NCBI GenBank assembly: GCA_964421045.1
Contig: CAYQVF010000005.1
Span: 5,567 to 69,566 of the forward strand
Source: an uncultured Chromatiaceae bacterium
Lineage (GTDB): Bacteria; Pseudomonadota; Gammaproteobacteria; JAADHS01
Direction: 5' to 3'
DNA length: 64,000 bases
The position numbers and the translations under genes are program-made. This document shows positions 1 through 11,374 of this stretch, in pieces (position 1 is the stretch's first letter; each line of letters begins with the position of its first letter). The notes below the pieces were generated by a model. The model had not been told where the DNA came from. It searched no databases and was given only the letters and a program-made list of their open reading frames with translations.

Positions 1-90
1 CAACAAGGTTAAAAATAACGCACAATAACGCATTAGCGTCATCACTGGACTCTTAACTTGGGTCACCATCCCTCTCCTTTCAATGAACAT
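1..90 (-). CDS. pilQ: 5' end of type IV pilus secretin (partial, runs off window)
   Basis: Open frame MFIERRGMVTQVKSPVMTLMRYCALFLTLL with an RBS, directly downstream of pilP; call rests mainly on synteny. Confidence 0.6.
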   Translation of the reverse strand, partial: MFIERRGMVTQVKSPVMTLMRYCALFLTLL

Positions 91-195
91 AAAATATAGA
101 CTCCCTTATTTTAAGGATCAGTGCACCAACAACGTGCTCAGTTGGTGTATAAAAAAATAAATCAACTTTAAACCTGATATTGAATTAGGTTTAAT

Positions 196-738
196 TTAAT
201 TTTCCAATGTTAATGCTGCTGCGCGCTTCTGCCAGCCTCCGAGTCCATCAGGCAGTAATTCGGTCAGTGATAAACCTTCTTCCTTTAGCACTATTATTTT
301 TCCATGGTTCTGTCCCATGTAATTACCTTCTTGCACTCGATAGACCATGCCATCCGGAGCTTTTACGATGGCCCATCTACCCTCTTTTCGTGATAAAATT
401 CCAACCATGCGTAAAGTATCCAGAGGGAATTTTTCTAGTAATTCTTTTCGACGATTAAAGTTAGGTTGTGGTCCTTTCGATACTCGCTTCACTGACTCAT
501 GGCTTTGTGATGCATCAACCCATTTGGTGAATGGATCACGATACCGGTTGGCATTGTATTCATATAAGCCAAAGGGTTTGAATTGTGGTAAGGGTTCTAT
601 TCGGCCTTTTTGAGCGTTACGCGTCTCTTCTACATACATCGTGAGATCTGAAATGTCAGATACACTACACCCCATCAAAGCAAGTAAAACCAGGCTATAT
701 AAAGTTTTATGTATTTTGAAATTTATTATGCGCTGCAT
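196..738 (-). CDS. pilP: Type IV pilus assembly lipoprotein PilP
   Basis: Lipobox LMGC; RDPF, LEKFPLDTLRMVG and GNYMGQNHGKI motifs; start adjusted to MQRII. Confidence 0.93.
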   Translation of the reverse strand: MQRIINFKIHKTLYSLVLLALMGCSVSDISDLTMYVEETRNAQKGRIEPLPQFKPFGLYEYNANRYRDPFTKWVDASQSHESVKRVSKGPQPNFNRRKELLEKFPLDTLRMVGILSRKEGRWAIVKAPDGMVYRVQEGNYMGQNHGKIIVLKEEGLSLTELLPDGLGGWQKRAAALTLEN

Positions 739-754
739 TTCAACATCCTTGCCT

Positions 755-1368
755 TTATGAGTCTTCATCATCAGATTCATCCAAGTAACGAAAAGTTTTT
801 GCGGTTGCTTCCATAACTAATTTTTCAACACTCTTTTTATCTCCCTTGGCAGGCCGGATTGCAATTTCCTGCAATGTCACAATTCGAGGTAAGGCGGCAA
901 CGTCACTGATAAAATTGCCAAATTCATGATAATCTCCCAATACTCTAATTTTGATCGGCAGCTCGGCATAAAACTCAGCAGGAATTTCATCTTTAGGTTT
1001 AAAAAGTTGAAATTCCAGTCCATTAGCCAGTCCAGTCTGAGAAATATCGACTAATAATTCAGCAACCTCTGTTTTACTGGGAAGCTGTCTTAACATCGCG
1101 CCAAAAGAACGTTCCATTTCTTCCATTTGTTTGACGTACAAAGGTAAATTAACGGCTTTATTTTGCTTAAATGTAAATGTTTTTTTAAGTTCAATTTCTT
1201 TTTTTTCTATATTTTCCAGCTCTGTTAATTGCTTTTGGGTATCAAAAAAATACCCTGCAGACAACACGCCTACACAGACCACCACAATAACCAGTACTTT
1301 GAGAGAAAGCGGCCAACTACCAATATCATTGGGGTCAATGTCCGTAAAACTAATCGCAGATAAGTCCA

Positions 1369-1369
<1 letters not shown>
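755..1369 (-). CDS. pilO: Type IV pilus assembly protein PilO
   Basis: LRQLPSKTEVAELLVDISQTG and FYAELPI motifs; operon position. Confidence 0.95.
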
Positions 1370-3005
<1,636 letters not shown>

Positions 3006-3186
3006 TTATCATTCATCCTGAATTGAGATATAAACGATGTTTTCGCAAGACAAGACGTATGTTAATCATCCGCTTAAAACATCACCCTAATACACTTCTC
3101 TACGGGTTATCGGTAGAGGGAATAGAAACATTAGTGGCAATCATGAGCGACTATCCTGAAATGCCAAGCAAGTCATGTAAAAACCT

Positions 3187-5607
3187 ATGAAAAAATTTAA
3201 ACAATTAGTCAAAGTTGGCTTTAAGAGCCTGTTATTACTTTTATTTCTCGGAAGCTTGGCTGTCGCAGGTGTTTATTTTTACCTGGCTCCTGATCTACCT
3301 TCAACCGCAGCTTTAAAAGACGTTCGATTTCAGGTGCCATTGCGGATCTATACTGAAGAAGGGGTTTTATTAGGTGAATTCGGTGAAAAAAAGCGTCAAC
3401 CCGTTCGTTTTGAACACATCCCCGAACAAATGGTCAAGGCACTGATTTCATCTGAAGATAGCCGTTTTTTTGAACATCCCGGAGTGGATTATCAAGGATT
3501 AATGCGTGCTGCGTGGGTCTTGCTCACTACGGGTGAAAAAGCGCAAGGGGGCAGCACGATCACCATGCAAGTTGCAAGAAACTTTTTTTTGAGTCGAAAA
3601 AAAACTTACACACGAAAAATAACCGAAATATTACTGGCGTTAAAAATTGAACGCGAGCTCACAAAAAGCGAAATATTAGAGCTTTACTTAAATAAAATTT
3701 ACTTTGGCAATCGAGCTTATGGTGTCGCCTCAGCAGCACAGGTCTATTACGATAAAAAATTAGAAGCGCTCTCGCTGGCTGAAATCGCAATGATTGTTGG
3801 TCTGCCCAAGGCGCCGTCTACATTTAATCCGATCGCCAATGCTGAACGCGCACTCCTTCGTAGAAATTATGTTCTAGGTCGTATGCATATCTTGGCATAT
3901 ATTAATGATGAAACCTATGAACAAACTATTGCTGAGCCCGTTACGGCTAAACTTCATCGCCAGACTACAAAAATTGTAGCGCCTTACGTTGCTGAAATGG
4001 TTCGAAAGCATATGATTAAATTGTATGGCGACGATGCCTATAGCGCGGGATATAAAGTGATAACCACCATAAAAAAACCTTTACAGACAGCGGCTAACCA
4101 GGCATTGCAACAAGCCTTGTTTGATTATGATGAACGTCATGGTTATCGAGGACCAATCCGGCATTTGGACTGGGTAGGCAATGCTAGTCCGCAGGAGTGG
4201 CAAAAGTATTTAACCAAAGTAACGAGTATTGGCCCGCTTAAACCCGCTTTAGTGATCGCCATGGAAGAACACCGTGCACACTTATTTTTCAATGAAGAAA
4301 AAAGTGGGGTCATAAACTGGAGTAACATGAAATGGGCAAGAACCTACCTGAGTGACAATCGTCGCGGTCCGACGCCTAAAACCGCAAGCGATATCCTCAA
4401 AATTGGCGATATTGTGATGGTGACAGAAACGGCCAAAGGCGAATGGCGACTTGCCCAGGCTCCGACAGTCAGTGGCGCTCTCGTCTCTCTCTCGCCAGAG
4501 GATGGCGCTATTCGAGCATTAGTCGGTGGATTTTCATTTTATCAAAGTAAATATAATCGAGTCACACAGGCAAAACGCCAACCTGGCTCTAGTTTTAAGC
4601 CTTTCATTTATTCTGCTGCTTTGGAAAGTGGTTTTACGGCGGCCTCTCTTATTAATGATGCGCCTGTTGTTTTTGATGACCCGGGAATTGAAGCGGCATG
4701 GCGACCCGAAAATTATAGTGGTAAATTTTTTGGGCCAACACGACTTAGAGAAGCGCTTACCCGTTCCCGCAACCTGGTCTCAATCCGCTTGCTCCGCAGT
4801 GTGGGTGTAAAAACAGCATTAAGATATATTGAAAATTTTGGTTTCGACACCGCACAATTACCCCGCGATCTGTCACTTTCTCTTGGCAGCGGGGTGGTGA
4901 CGCCTCTGGAATTGGCAAGAGGTCATGCTACTTTTGCTAACGGTGGTTTTGCCATTCAGCCTTATTTTATAAAGAGAATTGAAGATGTTAAGGGTGAAGT
5001 TATTTTTGTAGCGAACCCGCCTGTTGTTTGCCCTCTATGTGAGACGCTCCCTACTTTACCCGTTAATCCGGATATTGATGATGAAATTCTGGATCCAGTC
5101 CCAGAAATTAATCTCGCACCGAGGACAATTTCTGCGCAAAATGCATACATTATTTATTCGATGATGAAAGATGTCGTGAGGCGAGGAACGGGCAGGCGCG
5201 CCTTAAAACTGGGTCGACAAGATATCGCTGGAAAAACGGGGACGACCAATGATCAACAAGACGCTTGGTTTGTTGGCTTTAATAGTAAGTTACTCGCTAT
5301 TAGTTGGGTCGGGTTTGATGCGCCGAAGCCTCTAGGAAATCGTGAAACAGGAGGTCGAGCCGCTCTGCCTATGTGGCTCTATTATATGGAAAAGGCACTC
5401 AATGGTGTTCCTGAATCCAGCCCTGAACAACCTCCGGACATCATCACTGTTCGCATCGATCGAAAAACTGGCTTGCGTGCGCACAGCAACACCCCTGACG
5501 CGATATTTGAAGTTTTTCGCGGTTCGTATATTCCCAAAAGAGGACTTAAAGCGGGTGACGCCCAACAAATAGACATTACGACACCCGATACCGAGCCTTT
5601 ATTTTAA
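3187..5607 (+). CDS. mrcA: Penicillin-binding protein 1A
   Basis: Transglycosylase EDSRF and GGSTITMQ; transpeptidase SSFK, SRN, KTG; divergent from pilM. Confidence 0.96.
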   Translation: MKKFKQLVKVGFKSLLLLLFLGSLAVAGVYFYLAPDLPSTAALKDVRFQVPLRIYTEEGVLLGEFGEKKRQPVRFEHIPEQMVKALISSEDSRFFEHPGVDYQGLMRAAWVLLTTGEKAQGGSTITMQVARNFFLSRKKTYTRKITEILLALKIERELTKSEILELYLNKIYFGNRAYGVASAAQVYYDKKLEALSLAEIAMIVGLPKAPSTFNPIANAERALLRRNYVLGRMHILAYINDETYEQTIAEPVTAKLHRQTTKIVAPYVAEMVRKHMIKLYGDDAYSAGYKVITTIKKPLQTAANQALQQALFDYDERHGYRGPIRHLDWVGNASPQEWQKYLTKVTSIGPLKPALVIAMEEHRAHLFFNEEKSGVINWSNMKWARTYLSDNRRGPTPKTASDILKIGDIVMVTETAKGEWRLAQAPTVSGALVSLSPEDGAIRALVGGFSFYQSKYNRVTQAKRQPGSSFKPFIYSAALESGFTAASLINDAPVVFDDPGIEAAWRPENYSGKFFGPTRLREALTRSRNLVSIRLLRSVGVKTALRYIENFGFDTAQLPRDLSLSLGSGVVTPLELARGHATFANGGFAIQPYFIKRIEDVKGEVIFVANPPVVCPLCETLPTLPVNPDIDDEILDPVPEINLAPRTISAQNAYIIYSMMKDVVRRGTGRRALKLGRQDIAGKTGTTNDQQDAWFVGFNSKLLAISWVGFDAPKPLGNRETGGRAALPMWLYYMEKALNGVPESSPEQPPDIITVRIDRKTGLRAHSNTPDAIFEVFRGSYIPKRGLKAGDAQQIDITTPDTEPLF

Positions 5608-5668
5608 AGCCGTTTTACTTATTATTTTCTCAGTGAGTTGTAAAGAGTGCAGTTACGGTTTCACTTGT

Positions 5669-5701
5669 CCTCTACATCGTGGATCAATGGCGTTTTTTAG
5701 G
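5669..5701. repeat. Isolated family-B MITE end
   Basis: ctctacatcgtggatcaatggcgttttttagg matches ctcttcatcgtggatcaactgcgttttttagg at 42353-42384. Confidence 0.6.
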
Positions 5702-5842
5702 TTTAAGATCGGGTTGTGTCCTAATTCATCAGAATTGAACTTCATTGTGTCTCGGTTCAATAAGCATATTGTCATTTTTTAAGGTTTTAATGTCTCTGGA
5801 GCCAAACAAAATAGCTCAAATTTTTTGCATAAGGAGCACAAT

Positions 5843-6685
5843 ATGATTAATGACAGCGCAAAACGTATATTTAAAAAGAGTCTGATAACACTGGCACTCC
5901 CTGCTACATTCACTGTGATGGCCGCTTGCGCCGGTGACGGTGTTGAAATAACGTCAATGAAAAAAGAAGGGTTTTCAGATAGTTCAGCGACGACAGAAGC
6001 GCCAATGGCCGCACACTCTTCTTCGCTAGATGGGTCTGCTCACCTTCTTAATACATCGAACGAAAGTAGCGAGACTAAATCAACAACAGGGTTTGAAGAG
6101 ACGGGAGTTGCATTGCATGAAAAAACCGAACGGGTTGTCGTCGAAGTCGCTAAATCAATGGAGGAAACAAAGATAAATAGCGCTACCGATTTTGACGCAT
6201 CGCCAGAAGTGACAGATTTTGTTCATCTCATCGAAAACAACAAAGAGGATAAGCAACCCGTTATAGAACGTGTTGAGACGAGCGTCAATATTGCAGTGAA
6301 CGAGGTTGAGGCTATAGCTTATCCTCAATATCGAGTGGTTAAGTTCAAATTTAACAGTGCTGAAATCAGTTCCTCTGATATGGATAAGTTGACCGAACAT
6401 GCCTTGTACCTAAGCCGCACTCCCAAGGCGATTTTGACGGTCAGTGGCCATGCGGATAGTCAGGGTGATAGCTTGTATAATCAAGTGCTAAGCGAGCAAC
6501 GAGCCCAACAGGTCGCTGATTTGTTGATTCAGATGGGTGTTCGTCCGGAACAAGTTAAAACTCAAGCTTTTGGTGATGACCAGCCTCTAGATAAGTTAAT
6601 GGCTTATAAAGATAATCGCCGAGTAGAACTGGCTTATGAAGAGCCTGCACTCCTATCCAGTCGTACAAAAAGCCGCACAAAGTAA
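5843..6685 (+). CDS. OmpA/Pal-family peptidoglycan-binding lipoprotein with long low-complexity linker
   Basis: Lipobox MAAC; C-terminal GHADSQG...YNQVLSEQRA...NRRVE; RBS AAGGAG before ATG 5843. Confidence 0.85.
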   Translation: MINDSAKRIFKKSLITLALPATFTVMAACAGDGVEITSMKKEGFSDSSATTEAPMAAHSSSLDGSAHLLNTSNESSETKSTTGFEETGVALHEKTERVVVEVAKSMEETKINSATDFDASPEVTDFVHLIENNKEDKQPVIERVETSVNIAVNEVEAIAYPQYRVVKFKFNSAEISSSDMDKLTEHALYLSRTPKAILTVSGHADSQGDSLYNQVLSEQRAQQVADLLIQMGVRPEQVKTQAFGDDQPLDKLMAYKDNRRVELAYEEPALLSSRTKSRTK

Positions 6686-6697
6686 TATGTAAAACGA

Positions 6698-6768
6698 GCC
6701 AGCAGGCGAAGGGTCACCGTATCTTTGAGGTGAGGTTCGTCTGCTGGCCAGCTCCAAAAGAGGGGAGC
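6698..6768. terminator. Long hairpin between convergent genes (terminator or REP-like)
   Basis: gccagcaggcgaa (6698-6710) / ttcgtctgctggc (6736-6748), plus a second gctcc/ggagc stem. Confidence 0.55.
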
Positions 6769-6770
6769 CG

Positions 6771-7061
6771 TTATACTGCTCCGCCGATCATGCGGGAAGA
6801 GGACATACCTTTATGTTGTCGTGAATTTTCACAGCTTTTTAGTATGGCGTATAGGCGGTCTTTCAGCTGTACTCGCCATCGTTTCAAGGGTTCAATGTCT
6901 TCTGATGAATTTATCGATTTTTCACATCCGCTGATTTTTTCATCTGTAGCGTGGTATTGATTGAATAGCCGAATAAATTCAGCATCACTGCTTTTGAGAT
7001 ATTCGATTTTTGTTTTAAACTCAGGAAAATCATTACTTAGGTGATGTCGTACGTTGTACAT
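6771..7061 (-). CDS. YdcH/DUF465 family protein
   Basis: HHLSNDFPEF...LFNQYH...LKRWRVQLKDRLY pattern; RBS GGAGG. Confidence 0.8.
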   Translation of the reverse strand: MYNVRHHLSNDFPEFKTKIEYLKSSDAEFIRLFNQYHATDEKISGCEKSINSSEDIEPLKRWRVQLKDRLYAILKSCENSRQHKGMSSSRMIGGAV

Positions 7062-7366
7062 CTTCAACCTCCGTTATGTCTAGTTTTTTAGTTTAAACCA
7101 GAAGCATCGCACGAGCCAGTGTCCGTCGTCAACCAGGAAGCCTGCTTAATTTTTATGGAGAAAGGCAAGGGTCGCCTTTATTATTGATGACCTCTGTAGG
7201 TTCTTTCTAATTTATTGTTAATTAAAGAATTTATAAAAAAGTTTTTTAGTGTCGATAAGGTAGGTTGGCATAAAACCAAGTACGTCAACATGGCGTCCTC
7301 CGTTTGGAGCACAACTCAAAAGGGAAAGTTGAATGCCAAATGACGAAATTATTTCGTGCCTGTTTT

Positions 7367-8371
7367 TTAGCTTGGAATTTCCGCTTTCTGTTCACGTCCC
7401 AGCAATTGAGAAACTGCATCTACCGGTTTGCGAGCACAATATAATACTTGGTAAACTTGCTCGATGATCGGCATATCAAGGCCATATTTACTCGCACAAC
7501 GATGTGCTTCAAGCGCGGCCTGATAGCCTTCAACCACTTGATCAATATGGGTTATGGCGGATTGTATTGTCTCTCCTCGTCCAAGCGCCAAGCCGAATCG
7601 ACGATTGCGTGACTGATCGTCAGTGCAGGTCATTAATAAATCACCAATGCCGGACAGCCCCATAAAAGTTTCTCTCGCACCGCCTAAAATAACGCCAAAG
7701 CGTGCCATTTCGGCGATCCCACGTGTGACTAATGCGGCACGGGCATTAGCACCAAAACCAAGCCCATCTGAAATGCCAGCTGCAATGGCAAATACATTTT
7801 TTAACGCACCGCCCACTTCTACACCAGTCATATCAGGGCTGGTATAAACCCGAAAATTTTCATTGTGAAAAAGTTGGGCGAAACTTTCTGCCGTAGTCTG
7901 ATCAGAGGCTGCAATAGTGACCGCTGTAGGCAGTCCTGCAGCCACTTCTGCAGCAAAAGTGGGGCCGGAAATCACACCATATGGAAATGGTTTGTCCATT
8001 TCTTCAAGAAATACAGTATGTAGCAATTTCCCCGAGCCACTCTCAAAACCTTTTGTTGCCCATACACAATGTGATATTGAGCAGCCAGTCGCAATAATAG
8101 CCTGCACTACCTCTCTAAAAGCATGACTAGGGACAGCAATCAAAATGCGGCTGGTTATGGCCAAGATTTGACTGATTGAGTGATTGAGTTGCAGTGTATC
8201 GGGAAACAACACGCCAGGTAAATAACGTTGATTGCAGCGTTGTTGAGCCATTTGCTCGACATGCTTGCTATGATGTCCCCATAGATGAACGTTATGCCCG
8301 TTTCTAGCTAACACCAGAGCAAGTGCTGTTCCCCATGAGCCTGCACCCAGTACGGCGATGGGACAGCTCAT
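7367..8371 (-). CDS. gpsA: Glycerol-3-phosphate dehydrogenase (NAD(P)+)
   Basis: GAGSWGTALA, SGPTFA, GGALKNV, TCTDDQSRN. Confidence 0.97.
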   Translation of the reverse strand: MSCPIAVLGAGSWGTALALVLARNGHNVHLWGHHSKHVEQMAQQRCNQRYLPGVLFPDTLQLNHSISQILAITSRILIAVPSHAFREVVQAIIATGCSISHCVWATKGFESGSGKLLHTVFLEEMDKPFPYGVISGPTFAAEVAAGLPTAVTIAASDQTTAESFAQLFHNENFRVYTSPDMTGVEVGGALKNVFAIAAGISDGLGFGANARAALVTRGIAEMARFGVILGGARETFMGLSGIGDLLMTCTDDQSRNRRFGLALGRGETIQSAITHIDQVVEGYQAALEAHRCASKYGLDMPIIEQVYQVLYCARKPVDAVSQLLGREQKAEIPS

Positions 8372-8464
8372 AATACAAGTATGGATTTGAGTAAGGAATG
8401 GGGCAATTGTAAGATACCAAAATTACATCAGATTCTGTTTTCGGAAAAACTGGCCAAATAGCTG

Positions 8465-8504
8465 GGTCGCAGTAGACTTAGTCTGTTTTCGGACAGCACT
8501 CCTA
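8465..8504. repeat. Family-C MITE end overlapping the secB stop codon
   Basis: ggtcgcagtagacttagtctgttttcggacagcactccta resembles 9616-9654 and the 33216-33312 element terminus. Confidence 0.6.
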
Positions 8505-8984
8505 GTGCGTCGTTGATTGCTCAGCTTGTTCGCCTGCCTGTATTTGTTGTTGATGTTGGGCATATATGGCATCAAAATTAACAGGGGCAAGCAAAAGCTG
8601 GGGAAAGCCCGCTTTTGCTATTAAATCAGAGATGGCTTCACGGGCATAAGGGAACAGTATATTGGGGCAATAGCTTCCTACCATCTGTCCTAATTCTTCG
8701 TCTGCAAAGCCTTCAATCGTGAAAATACCAGCTTGCTGAACTTCAATTAAATAAGCAGTTTTATCGTCTAATTTCGTTGTTACTGTCACCGTTGTGATGA
8801 CTTCGTGAACATGGTCGCCTATTTTTTTTGCGCTGTTTCCGAGCTGAATATTGACGTCCGGCTTCCATTCACCTTGGAATATTTGAGGAGAATTAGGTGT
8901 CTCAACAGAAACATCTCGGGTGTAAATTTTTTGAATCTGAAAACGAGACTGATTGCTTGCTGCTTGATCCGCTGTTTCAGACAT
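8502..8984 (-). CDS. secB: Protein export chaperone SecB
   Basis: IQKIYTRDVSVETPNSP; CPNILFPYARE; LAPVNFDA. Confidence 0.97.
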   Translation of the reverse strand: MSETADQAASNQSRFQIQKIYTRDVSVETPNSPQIFQGEWKPDVNIQLGNSAKKIGDHVHEVITTVTVTTKLDDKTAYLIEVQQAGIFTIEGFADEELGQMVGSYCPNILFPYAREAISDLIAKAGFPQLLLAPVNFDAIYAQHQQQIQAGEQAEQSTTH

Positions 8985-9039
8985 GTGATAACTCCTAAAT
9001 TTTAGAGAGGCAAAATAAAATAATGATGCGCAAAAAAGG

Positions 9040-9462
9040 TTATTTAATTAAAGGTAAATTAGCATTTTCCCACGCCATCATCCCTCCTGCTAATTTGTAA
9101 ATCTCTGCAAATCCCTGTTTTTGTAATACGCCCCCTGCGCGAGCAGAGTCTTGCCCCGAGCGACATACAAGTAAAACCGGATTACTTCGAGATTCAGACA
9201 GCTCTCCCAATCGTGATTCTAACAAACCAACCGGTATATTTTTAGCATTCAGAATATGGCCTGAGTTAAAAGTGGCCTCATCTCTCACATCAAGTACAAT
9301 CGCGTTATCCTGATTCATTAATCTGACCGCCTCATTAGGCGGGATGTCTTTAAATCCTAATAAACGTCCTCGAAATTCTGTCATGATCAAAGCAAAAAAG
9401 ATGAAGATAAATAGCGATGATAAGATCCAATGATCTACAAGAAAACCAAAAAAGTCACTCAT
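9040..9462 (-). CDS. Rhodanese-like membrane-anchored protein (YibN type)
   Basis: N-terminal TM, LDVR, GHI, CRSG, LAGGMMAW. Confidence 0.9.
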   Translation of the reverse strand: MSDFFGFLVDHWILSSLFIFIFFALIMTEFRGRLLGFKDIPPNEAVRLMNQDNAIVLDVRDEATFNSGHILNAKNIPVGLLESRLGELSESRSNPVLLVCRSGQDSARAGGVLQKQGFAEIYKLAGGMMAWENANLPLIK

Positions 9463-9615
9463 TCAACAAACCCTGTGATTACAACTAAAAAACAATGGCG
9501 TGCATTCACGCTTCCAATGTGCCACGGGCATAGTCTAACTCAAATGAGTTCGTTTTTTAGGATAATGGGTCTATTTTTAACGAAGAATGAGAGGAAAACT
9601 GAATCAGTGTGGCTT

Positions 9616-9654
9616 GGTCGCAGTAAATCAGTTTGTTCTCGAACAGTTTTCTAG
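9616..9654. repeat. Degenerate family-C MITE end
   Basis: ggtcgcagtaaatcagtttgttctcgaacagttttctag, similar to 8465-8504. Confidence 0.5.
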
Positions 9655-9732
9655 CGTAAACTGAAGCTCGCTACGAACAAGCAGTATAATTTGAAATTAT
9701 AAATCATTAAATGTAATAAAGTTAAAGGCCTT

Positions 9733-11280
9733 ATGAAAAAAACTCGACCTGTCATTTTATTAATTCTGGATGGTTGGGGTTATAGCGAAAACCGATACGG
9801 TAACGCAATTCTCGGTGCAAAAACACCCACCTGGGACAAGCTGTGGTCAAATTATCCCCATACTTTGATAAATTGTTCTGGCGCTGAAGTTGGATTGCCT
9901 AGCGATCAAATGGGCAATTCAGAAGTGGGCCACCTCAACCTGGGTGCTGGAAGAGTTATTTATCAAGAATATTCGCGTATTAACAAGGCACTTGAGGAAG
10001 GTTCTTTTTTTACAAATGACAGTCTGTGCCAAAGTATTGACCAAGCGGTAAGTCAAGACAAAGCCGTACATATACTTGGATTATTATCTCCAGGCGGGGT
10101 TCACAGTCACGAGCAGCAAATTCACGCTTTGGTTAAACTAGCGGCGGATCGAGGGGCAAAAAAACTCTATGTGCATGCTTTTTTAGATGGCAGAGACTGT
10201 GCCCCCAAAAGTGCGGCTCGCTCTCTTCAGCTCATGGAAACGGTATTTGAGCGTTTGGGGCAGGGTCAGTTCGCCTCTATTATTGGCCGGTATTACGCAA
10301 TGGATCGAGATCATCGTTGGCCAAGAATTCAGCTTGCTTATGATCTAATCACAGCAGGCATAAGCGACTATACTGCAACAACGGCGATAGCGGGTCTTGA
10401 TGCGGCCTATGAGCGAGGAGAAACGGACGAGTTTGTAAAAGCAACGCGGGTCACATCAAACAATGCTGAAACAATACGTGTTAATGATGGGGATACCGTA
10501 CTTTTTGCAAACTATCGATCAGATAGAGCCCGACAAATGACTCGCGCGTTTATTGAAAAAGAATTTACAGGTTTTACTCGTCAGGTCACACCTGAACTTT
10601 CATCATTTGTAAGTTTAACGGAATACCAGAAAGACTTTCGGTGCGTGGTTGCTTATCCGGCAACAAGTATTCGTAATGGCTTTGGAGAATATATTGCTAC
10701 AAAAGGCCTCAGACAATTGCGTATTGCTGAAACCGAAAAATATGCTCATGTCACCTTCTTTTTTAATGGCGGTGAAGAGGCGGCATATAAAGGAGAAGAT
10801 CGCATATTAGTCCCTTCACCTGATGTTGCCACCTATGACCTTGAACCCGAAATGAGTGCTCACGAGGTTACAGAGAAACTATGTACAGCGATCGCCAATA
10901 AAACCTACGATACGATTATTTGTAACTATGCGAACCCTGACATGGTGGGTCACACTGGTGATTATTCGGCCACTGTAAAAGCCATTGAGGTGATCGATCA
11001 ATGCTTGGGTATGGTACTTCAGAGCGTCATTGCGGTTGATGGCGCAATGCTGATCACCGCCGATCATGGCAACGCTGAACAATTATATGCTGATGAAAAC
11101 CGATCACCTCATACCGCTCATACGACCAACCTCGTTCCGTTGATTTATGTGGGACGTTCTGCCGAATTGGCAGCTCGCGGAACACTCGCAGATGTCGCAC
11201 CGACTTTGCTTGATTTGCTCGGGCTGGAGCAACCGGGCGAAATGAGTGGATGTTCACTGATTAAACCTCTCACCAAATAA
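9733..11280 (+). CDS. gpmI: 2,3-bisphosphoglycerate-independent phosphoglycerate mutase
   Basis: ILDGWG, QMGNSEVGH, DGRD, AETEKYAHVTFF, ADHGN. Confidence 0.97.
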   Translation: MKKTRPVILLILDGWGYSENRYGNAILGAKTPTWDKLWSNYPHTLINCSGAEVGLPSDQMGNSEVGHLNLGAGRVIYQEYSRINKALEEGSFFTNDSLCQSIDQAVSQDKAVHILGLLSPGGVHSHEQQIHALVKLAADRGAKKLYVHAFLDGRDCAPKSAARSLQLMETVFERLGQGQFASIIGRYYAMDRDHRWPRIQLAYDLITAGISDYTATTAIAGLDAAYERGETDEFVKATRVTSNNAETIRVNDGDTVLFANYRSDRARQMTRAFIEKEFTGFTRQVTPELSSFVSLTEYQKDFRCVVAYPATSIRNGFGEYIATKGLRQLRIAETEKYAHVTFFFNGGEEAAYKGEDRILVPSPDVATYDLEPEMSAHEVTEKLCTAIANKTYDTIICNYANPDMVGHTGDYSATVKAIEVIDQCLGMVLQSVIAVDGAMLITADHGNAEQLYADENRSPHTAHTTNLVPLIYVGRSAELAARGTLADVAPTLLDLLGLEQPGEMSGCSLIKPLTK

Positions 11281-11374
11281 AACTTGTATTTCAATGGCTA
11301 AACCACCTATGCTGCCAGGAGACTATTCCCGAATAGTCTCGGAGAAGACGGTAGGGTCACAGCAGGAGCAAAAA

